64,000 nucleotides of DNA from the IMG/VR virus record IMGVR_UViG_3300020469_000009; one strand, given 5' to 3'. Source of the DNA: a virus. The notes below the pieces were generated by a model that did not search any database, was not told where the DNA came from, and saw only the letters and a list, made by a program, of their open reading frames with translations. Below, in pieces: positions 57,134 through 64,000 of the stretch; position 1 is the stretch's first letter, and every line of letters starts with the position of its first letter. Position numbers and translations under genes: made by a program.

Positions 57134-58333
57134 TTAATTGTATGATTTAGTGCTTTTCAGAAATTTTGTGTATGAAGACATTACATCTGAAGCATCATCT
57201 ACAGCTGATGGCATAGACTCTCTGTCATGGTATTCTACTGCTTCTCTATAATTGTCACTAGTTTTGACTCTAGTTGTTGCCATGCCTCTTGGTGCCATAT
57301 TATTATCGGCACCACGATTTGAAAATATTCTTGCTTTATCAGATATTTTCTTTAGTTTAATGTCGTAATCTCTACCCTCATATCTAACCCAATCTTGTGC
57401 AAATTTCTTTAGATTACCTTTTAATGGTTCAAAAGATATAATTGCATCTTCTGGTCTCATACTTCGGCCAAAACCATCTTGTCTATTACCAGATGCTACT
57501 ATTACATTTTTGCCATCTGTATAAAAGTAAATATCACCAATAGCCGTATTACCTTGCTCTGTGTTTTGTACATAAGCTACTACAGGTTTACCAACTGTGT
57601 GAAATTTCATGTGGTCGTTAGCTAGTTTTGTAGACAAACCTCTAAAATTAGACTCTGCTAGTTTGTGTTGTCTTTTAGCTTTTGCTAATTGTGTTTCTAA
57701 ATCTTTAAGTTCTTTTTTGTTTTTAATTAAGATAGTACCACCCATACCGCCAGTTTTAGATATCTCTAAACCTTTCTTTGTTTTATCAGTGGCATTATTA
57801 AAGGCTTTAATTTTAATATTCTCATCAACTTCTGATTCTGGTAATGCTTGACCAGTGACATCACTATCTTCATATCCAAACTTTTGATATCTTTGTTTAG
57901 CCATATTAGCAGCGCCTTTTAATTCATCATCTTCAATATCAGGACTTGGAGCATCACCGTCATCTACATTATCTCCTGTTGAATCATCAGTAGTTTCTAC
58001 AACTTTACCAAATTGTTCTTTTTTTGTAATAAGTAAATCAGTAAGTTCACTAAATAAATTAGATTCTTCTTTGATAGTACAAGGATAAGTCTTCTCTTTA
58101 AATACAAAAGATTTTTTACCACTGGCAAATGCTTGTCTTGCTGCTAATATGAATGCTCTTTTTTCAGATAGCATTATACCAGAATCTTTCATAAGCACAT
58201 TTTCAGCACTTAGTTTAGCTGCAATAGCCATTTGGCGTCTTTTGTCTTTGGATTTTCCTTTAAATTGTGGAGCATCAGATTTATAGAAATCTTTTATCCA
58301 ATCTCCCATATCATCTGACTTATCTAAAGGCAT
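57134..58333 (-). CDS. modular charged protein, putative internal head polyprotein
   Basis: short modules separated by hydrophobic-x-E sites; C-terminal domain paralogous to 58335-59831. Confidence 0.6.
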   Translation of the reverse strand: MPLDKSDDMGDWIKDFYKSDAPQFKGKSKDKRRQMAIAAKLSAENVLMKDSGIMLSEKRAFILAARQAFASGKKSFVFKEKTYPCTIKEESNLFSELTDLLITKKEQFGKVVETTDDSTGDNVDDGDAPSPDIEDDELKGAANMAKQRYQKFGYEDSDVTGQALPESEVDENIKIKAFNNATDKTKKGLEISKTGGMGGTILIKNKKELKDLETQLAKAKRQHKLAESNFRGLSTKLANDHMKFHTVGKPVVAYVQNTEQGNTAIGDIYFYTDGKNVIVASGNRQDGFGRSMRPEDAIISFEPLKGNLKKFAQDWVRYEGRDYDIKLKKISDKARIFSNRGADNNMAPRGMATTRVKTSDNYREAVEYHDRESMPSAVDDASDVMSSYTKFLKSTKSYN

Positions 58334-58334
58334 A

Positions 58335-59831
58335 TTAACCTCTAAAAGGAGTTTTAGGCAGTCTTCTCACATCAAATTGTGACTCACCGTCTTCATCTTT
58401 AAAGACTCTTATTTTAGTATCAAATTTTAAAACTCTCATTGGTGCACTATTAAATGCACCTTTTGCAGCTTTCATCGCTTCTTTTTTAAAGTCATTATAG
58501 TTTGGCTTATGGTCAAACATAAATGCTTCTTCATCTGGTGGTGCTCCATAAGCATCTGCATTTTCTCTATGACCTGGAGCAGCAAAACCATATTTACCAT
58601 CACTATAAAAAACAAAATCAAAATGACCATCATCTTTACTAACACAATGAGCCACAATTGGTTTTCCAAATCTTGGATTATGAAATTTCATTGGGTCTTG
58701 GTCAATAATATCTGTGTCTACACTATCACCATCATCTGTTGCTTTCAATTTATCACCAATAGTTGATTCACTAAGTCTATCTACGTTAACTTCTTCTTCC
58801 ATTCCTAACTTTTTAAGCTCTTTCTTAATAAGTCTATCAACTTTCTTCATTTCTGGTTTCATGAATGCAGCTTTACCAAACTGACCAATCATATCAGCTT
58901 TTTGTTTCATTAGGTCTGAATATTTTAAGAATCTAGAAGTTTCGTCGATATCTTCGCCTTGTGCTTTCTTAATTGCGTCCTGAGAAGGTGCACCTTTGTC
59001 ACCTTTGTTTCTCATTTTTTCTCCACGTTTTCTTTTTGCGTGGATATTAGCCCATAGGCCTTTTTCTTCTAATTCGTTTTTAATATCTTCAGGAAACTCT
59101 ACATCTTCAGCATAGAATTTTAGTGCAGCCGCAACACTAGGATTTTTTGATAAACCTCTTTCTAATTTTTCAATTTGTTTCATAGCACCAGTATAATCGC
59201 CTTCTGCATCTACTGCAATTTCCATAGCCATAAGTAAATTTTGTTTATGTTTTTCGACATCTCTTTCATTTCTAAAATTCATTTTTGCTTCAGCAAAAAT
59301 ATTGTGGTCTCCAGTAAATATTGACATGGTAGTCTCCTTATTATACATTTGATGGTATTTTTTAGTGTGTTTAGATAATTTAGTTTTCTTTAATTCGCCA
59401 TCAGCATCTTTATCGCCTGGTGCTGGTTTGTAAGCATCTGGATCGTCATCAGACATTTTAGCTTGTTTTTTGAACTGAGCTTCTCTATCGTCTTTTTTAT
59501 CTTTTTTGACACCTTTCATATAGTTGCCATCATCTTTCATATTCTTATCTTCTTCTACAGCTTCTTTCTTGACTTTTGCAGCTAAGTCTTTATCAGCTTT
59601 TCCCCATGTACCAGAACCTTTACTAATAAAGCTATTTACTCTAGCAAATGCCCATTGTTGTGATGTAGTTCCTGGACGGTGGCCAGTTTTCCAAGCAGCC
59701 ATGCCTCGGTCATACACTTGTTTTAGTATACCGTATGCGATACCACTTTCTTTTGATTTTGTTTTTAGGCCTGCAATTTCTTTTTCAGCAATAACAGCCC
59801 TCTCAAATATATTGTCTTGAAAGATACTCAT
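58335..59831 (-). CDS. modular charged protein, putative internal head polyprotein with nested start at 59327
   Basis: VYDRGMAAW...QWAFARVNSF and GLWANIHAKR modules; internal AAGGAG-ATG. Confidence 0.65.
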   Translation of the reverse strand: MSIFQDNIFERAVIAEKEIAGLKTKSKESGIAYGILKQVYDRGMAAWKTGHRPGTTSQQWAFARVNSFISKGSGTWGKADKDLAAKVKKEAVEEDKNMKDDGNYMKGVKKDKKDDREAQFKKQAKMSDDDPDAYKPAPGDKDADGELKKTKLSKHTKKYHQMYNKETTMSIFTGDHNIFAEAKMNFRNERDVEKHKQNLLMAMEIAVDAEGDYTGAMKQIEKLERGLSKNPSVAAALKFYAEDVEFPEDIKNELEEKGLWANIHAKRKRGEKMRNKGDKGAPSQDAIKKAQGEDIDETSRFLKYSDLMKQKADMIGQFGKAAFMKPEMKKVDRLIKKELKKLGMEEEVNVDRLSESTIGDKLKATDDGDSVDTDIIDQDPMKFHNPRFGKPIVAHCVSKDDGHFDFVFYSDGKYGFAAPGHRENADAYGAPPDEEAFMFDHKPNYNDFKKEAMKAAKGAFNSAPMRVLKFDTKIRVFKDEDGESQFDVRRLPKTPFRG

Positions 59832-59841
59832 TGTGTATTAT

Positions 59842-61548
59842 TTATTTCTTTGAGTCCTTAATCTTAGAGAAATTGCCATCTTTATAAAACTCTATGAATC
59901 TTTTAAACCTATCTGCATTGTGAGCTTTGTGCGATATTACAAATATATTAGTATTCTCCATATTACTTACAATATCCCATAGCATTTCTGTTGCATCAGC
60001 ATCAAGAGAACTATCACCTACTTCATCCATCATAAGCAAATTAGTATTGACAGAGTTCTTAATCTTAGCTATTTCTCTCCAAGTAAACATTAGTGCTAAA
60101 TCAATTCTCATCTTTTCACCTTCTGAAAATGAAGCATAAGTAAAGTTATCTCTATATCTTGATTTGATTACCTCATTGAATTGTTCATCTAAAGTAAATG
60201 AGAATGCAGCTGACATCTTTTCTAGATGTACATTTATAAGCTTATTCATAACTGGTACATATTGCTTAATAATCTTAGCTTTGATACCGGTATCTCTTAA
60301 TAGCAATTTACATACATCATAGAAATGATTTTTTTCGCTCATATCCATAAGGTCTTTTGTAAACACTTTCTCTTCATCAAATAGTGAGGCTAGTAATTCC
60401 TTAGCATTGGGTAATGAAGTATCATCATTTTCGATTTTCAGATTTTCATTAAGTGTACTAAGATAAGTGCTAAGGGTACTAACCTCACTTCTTACTGACG
60501 ATTGCTGATTAATCAGCTCTGTAAGCTCTTGTTCTCTAGCTCTTGTAGTTTCCAATTCTTTAGATAGCTTGGCAAGTGCTTTTTCATAAGCAGGGATGAG
60601 ATTCTCATTTTTCTTTTTTTCTTTTTCAAGGCTGCTAATTTTTTCGTTCTTGAACGACTCTGATATTTCTTGTCCGCAAACTTCGCACTCAGTTTCTGTT
60701 CTATAGTAAGTGATGCGCTTCTGTTTTTCATCTATCCTCCTTTTTAACTCATTACCATGAGTCACACATTTTTGTTTTTCATCTACTACTTTGTTTACAT
60801 TTGGTGCAGCAATAGAATCTATTTTGTTTTGTAATCCATCATTTTCATCTACTAATATCTTTTTTTCACCTTCAACTCTTTGTATTTCTTTTTTAATCTT
60901 ATCTGCTGATTGTTCATTTTTCTTTTGCAATGTTTCAATAAGACTTTTTTGTCCATTTATTTTAGTTGTATGTACTTCTTTTTGATACTCTTTTTCTTTG
61001 ATATCGAGACCTAAATCAGTCAGTTTAGTTTTTAGAATATCATTCATCTTAGAGAATATTGTAATATCTAAAATCTCTTCTATGATTTGCCTTCTTTCAC
61101 CACCGCTTAAATCCATAAATGACTGATATCTAGCTGAACCTAATATAACAATTTGTGTAAATGATTTAAAGTTTAGACCAATTAAATCTTCTAGTTTCTT
61201 TTGATAATCTTTTTGATGTGCATCTTGTGTTATAAGAACTTCATTCTTATAAATTTCGAATATACCTGGTTTCATACCTCTTACAACACGATAAGATGTA
61301 TTATTAACATCAAATTTAACTTGAACTACACAGTCTTTATCATTAACTGTATTAATCAACTGTGTTTTTGAAACATTACGATATGGTTTATTAAAGATTG
61401 CATAACATAAAGCATCCAGCACAGTAGATTTACCACTACCATTTTGGCCTGTAATTAAAACTGTAGGTTTATCACTTAAGAATATAGTATTGCCATTATT
61501 ACCAGTACTTAAAAAATTCTTATATTGTATTTCTTTAAATATTATCAT
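59842..61548 (-). CDS. gp46: recombination endonuclease subunit gp46 (Rad50/SbcC-like)
   Basis: GQNGSGKS, CEVC hook, FSEGEK, MMDE, ISH. Confidence 0.95.
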   Translation of the reverse strand: MIIFKEIQYKNFLSTGNNGNTIFLSDKPTVLITGQNGSGKSTVLDALCYAIFNKPYRNVSKTQLINTVNDKDCVVQVKFDVNNTSYRVVRGMKPGIFEIYKNEVLITQDAHQKDYQKKLEDLIGLNFKSFTQIVILGSARYQSFMDLSGGERRQIIEEILDITIFSKMNDILKTKLTDLGLDIKEKEYQKEVHTTKINGQKSLIETLQKKNEQSADKIKKEIQRVEGEKKILVDENDGLQNKIDSIAAPNVNKVVDEKQKCVTHGNELKRRIDEKQKRITYYRTETECEVCGQEISESFKNEKISSLEKEKKKNENLIPAYEKALAKLSKELETTRAREQELTELINQQSSVRSEVSTLSTYLSTLNENLKIENDDTSLPNAKELLASLFDEEKVFTKDLMDMSEKNHFYDVCKLLLRDTGIKAKIIKQYVPVMNKLINVHLEKMSAAFSFTLDEQFNEVIKSRYRDNFTYASFSEGEKMRIDLALMFTWREIAKIKNSVNTNLLMMDEVGDSSLDADATEMLWDIVSNMENTNIFVISHKAHNADRFKRFIEFYKDGNFSKIKDSKK

Positions 61549-62587
61549 CAGCTTCTTTTGCTTCTTCGTAAATTTCTATCATTATTTGTTTGATTTGGTC
61601 TTTATTAATATCTGTAGCTACATCATCAATATATTCACTAATTAAGTCTGTAGTTTCAGATAGTTCAATAATATCTTCAACATTATCTGCATTAAACTGT
61701 TCAAAGCTTTCAATTATTTTAAGTTCAAATGGTTCTTTTAAATTAATTGCATCAATATATTTTTCAAAGTTTTCAAATGATTCTTTTTCTTTTACATATA
61801 GCTTAACATAAGTATTTTTTAAATCTTCACCTTCTAAATCTTTTGGCTCACTATTGTTTGCATATATTAATTTAACATGATAACCAAGAGGATTTTTAAT
61901 AAACTCTAATTCTTTAGTTGCTGTATCTAATACCCAAAATCCATGACGTCCACCTGAATCAGACCACATAAGTTCATAAGGTGTACCAGTATATGTAAAG
62001 TTTTCTGTTGTGCTTTGAGAATGATAATGACCAGATATTACTCTATTCCAATCTTTAAAATCAAATAAATCAAACCCATCTTTACTGTAATGTCCTGGAA
62101 ACATAAGTGCACCTTGTACATCATAGTGTCCTATAAGTATATCGCCACCAGCTCTAATAGTATCAAAACTATCTTCATAATTATCTTTACACACCCACGG
62201 CATAAGTGTAATGCAACAGTCTTCTACATCAAAAGATTCTATAGTTTCATAAACATTTACGTTTGGCTCATTACCAATTACTTGTTGTGGTGAGTTATTT
62301 TTAAGGGAATGTTTAAAAGGAATATCGTGATTACCTACAATCACATCTAATTTCATATTTCGTTTTTGAATAGGTGTCACCATCATTTCTTTTTGAAATG
62401 CTAGTGTTTGAATGTTTAACCACTTACGTGAATCAAACCAGTCACCCACTTGAATTACATGCTGTATTTTTTCTTTATCTATGTAAGGCCAAAAAACTTC
62501 TTTATAAAATCTTTTTTGCCAAGCTTCAATTACAACATTTCTATTTCGAGCGCCAAAGTGGGTATCACCCAGTATCGCTATTTTCAT
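61535..62587 (-). CDS. gp47: recombination endonuclease subunit gp47 (Mre11/SbcD-like)
   Basis: GDTHFG, GD.FD, GNHD, SGHYH. Confidence 0.95.
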   Translation of the reverse strand: MKIAILGDTHFGARNRNVVIEAWQKRFYKEVFWPYIDKEKIQHVIQVGDWFDSRKWLNIQTLAFQKEMMVTPIQKRNMKLDVIVGNHDIPFKHSLKNNSPQQVIGNEPNVNVYETIESFDVEDCCITLMPWVCKDNYEDSFDTIRAGGDILIGHYDVQGALMFPGHYSKDGFDLFDFKDWNRVISGHYHSQSTTENFTYTGTPYELMWSDSGGRHGFWVLDTATKELEFIKNPLGYHVKLIYANNSEPKDLEGEDLKNTYVKLYVKEKESFENFEKYIDAINLKEPFELKIIESFEQFNADNVEDIIELSETTDLISEYIDDVATDINKDQIKQIMIEIYEEAKEADDNI

Positions 62588-62939
62588 CTAATAGTTTTTC
62601 CCTTATCTTAGTAGCAGATATTTCTTCAATATCTTTATCGAAATGTTCCTGCTCAATTTTATAGCCCACGTCACGGCCATAAGTAATATGAGTAATGTTT
62701 GGAACATTAATGATATCATAATTATTATTATACTCGTAGCCTTCTTTTTTTAACTCTGCTATAATTTGCTCTTTTCTTTGTTCAAAAGTGAAAGGGTTTT
62801 TTTCAGTGCCATCTTGTTCTCTTAACAAAATAACTACTTGACCAGTTTTGGAAATTGCTCTCTTAAAAAGAGCAGTATGTCCTTTATGCCAGGGTTGGAA
62901 TCTGCCAAGCATTTGCGTAGTTTCTTTATATCTATCCAT
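62565..62939 (-). CDS. cytidyltransferase-like (HIGH) protein
   Basis: GRFQPWHKGH, KNPF, ISATKIR. Confidence 0.8.
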   Translation of the reverse strand: MDRYKETTQMLGRFQPWHKGHTALFKRAISKTGQVVILLREQDGTEKNPFTFEQRKEQIIAELKKEGYEYNNNYDIINVPNITHITYGRDVGYKIEQEHFDKDIEEISATKIREKLLDENSDTG

Positions 62940-63274
62940 TCGTTTACTATGTAGTCTACATCTGACTCATTAGGAACTTCAAACAATTTGTCTGTGTCTT
63001 TATGTTCAGATTCTGTTATTGTATTCATCCATATTGATATAGTAGGTTTTACTATGTCTCTATAGTCCTGTTTTGGTGCTATAAAATCTAATATACCAGT
63101 TTTACCAGCCATTCTATAAGCTTGTCTTAACCTTCCATCATCAGAAAAATCCCAATCATCATGTAATAATCTATAATAATCAGCATTGTGGTGTGGAACT
63201 GTAAAATGATATGCTAACTCTTTAGCAACAGTGGTTTTGCCAGAACCTGATAACCCAAATATTAGTATTTTCAT
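62834..63274 (-). CDS. adenylylsulfate-kinase-like P-loop kinase
   Basis: GLSGSGKTT, NAD, DWDFS..GR.RQ. Confidence 0.7.
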   Translation of the reverse strand: MKILIFGLSGSGKTTVAKELAYHFTVPHHNADYYRLLHDDWDFSDDGRLRQAYRMAGKTGILDFIAPKQDYRDIVKPTISIWMNTITESEHKDTDKLFEVPNESDVDYIVNEWIDIKKLRKCLADSNPGIKDILLFLREQFPKLVK

Positions 63275-63987
63275 TTATCTTCTTTAGTAGTCTTAGTTTT
63301 TCTAGGTTTACGTTTCTTTTTAACTTTAAAATCAGGATTCTCTTTAAAAAATTCTTCTTTCTTTGCTTCTCTTACTTTGTAATGTTTACCTTCAACTTCA
63401 AATTCAGTGATACCTTCCTTTATTGCTTCAATTTCATGTTTGACTCTTAAAGTATGTGACCGTAAAGTAAAACCTGTTCTCCCTTTTTCAGCAGCAGTTT
63501 TTGGTTTTGCTTCTTCAATATCACCTAGTTTTTGGTCAGCATAAGCTCTTGCTTTTTGGCTGGCTTCATCACTAAATTCACCATGTAAAAACAAACTTTG
63601 TTCAGCTTGTTGTATAAGCTTTAAGTCTATCATATACTTTCTTTTTTCTTTCTTAATTCTTTGTACCATGTGAGAGAACAATATCTGAGTCACAAAAGCG
63701 AATCCATTATTAAATCTATCACCATCAAATCTGTAAGCATATTTTACTGCCGCCAGAATTGCATCTTGAATCATTTCATCTCTATAAGAATAATTTACAA
63801 AATTAGGTCTTAATGCTAATCTATTAGCCATTCTTATAATACAATCTCCAAGATACCTACTCATCTCAGGTCTGTCTTTATTTTTTTCCATTTGCTTCCT
63901 GCATTTACGTGAATATTCATCTAAAGCTTTAGTGAATTCTTTATTGTTTACGTAATGAGCAGAGTCTTTTGTTTGTCTCTTTGCCAT
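63271..63987 (-). CDS. gp55: late sigma factor gp55
   Basis: HYVNNKEF, RPNFVNYSYRDEMIQD, FAFVTQI, RIKKEK. Confidence 0.93.
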   Translation of the reverse strand: MAKRQTKDSAHYVNNKEFTKALDEYSRKCRKQMEKNKDRPEMSRYLGDCIIRMANRLALRPNFVNYSYRDEMIQDAILAAVKYAYRFDGDRFNNGFAFVTQILFSHMVQRIKKEKRKYMIDLKLIQQAEQSLFLHGEFSDEASQKARAYADQKLGDIEEAKPKTAAEKGRTGFTLRSHTLRVKHEIEAIKEGITEFEVEGKHYKVREAKKEEFFKENPDFKVKKKRKPRKTKTTKEDK

Positions 63988-64000
63988 TTATATGTCCACA

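Noticed and set aside
1-64000. CRISPR arrays, tRNAs, alternative genetic code, and the many short antisense ORFs in the track
   Set aside because: No spaced repeats or tRNA motifs were seen by eye. Core genes are full length in the standard code. Antisense ORFs shadow well-supported genes and lack RBSs.

Overview
AT-rich 64-kb segment of a large T4-like (Tevenvirinae-related, probably marine) myovirus genome. It uses the standard genetic code and is transcribed almost entirely from the minus strand. The T4 replication core is recognisable: gp55 late sigma, gp47/gp46, gp45, gp44, gp62, regA, gp43, gp61, nrdA fused to glutaredoxin, nrdB, hsp20, uvsX, gp41, rnh, plus thyX and dCMP deaminase. Large accessory blocks interrupt it. 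(i) An ~18-kb insert between gp46 and gp45 carries modular head-protein-like ORFs, six glycosyltransferase-like genes, gmd/colD, and a ketosynthase + SDR + two TauD-like oxygenases. (ii) A plus-strand island holds three paralogous 2OG-Fe(II)-oxygenase-like genes. (iii) An early region has a second sigma-70-type factor, a SET protein, an ArdC-like protein and duplicated sigma70/IHF promoter cassettes. The most notable signals read directly from the DNA are: a glutamine (glnA-class) riboswitch with an ~80-nt structured insertion upstream of a 40-aa YRG peptide; an unrecognised 43-nt late-promoter/leader motif present twice with a compensatory stem; a recurring AAA-N12-AGTATAAY candidate middle-promoter class; strong D-S-[D/E] motif enrichment in two proteins; a nested internal start that duplicates an N-terminal signal; and several small ORFs missed by the ORF track, including an ArfA-like peptide. 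No tRNA, CRISPR array or intron was recognised. All family assignments come from motif recognition by eye, not database searches.
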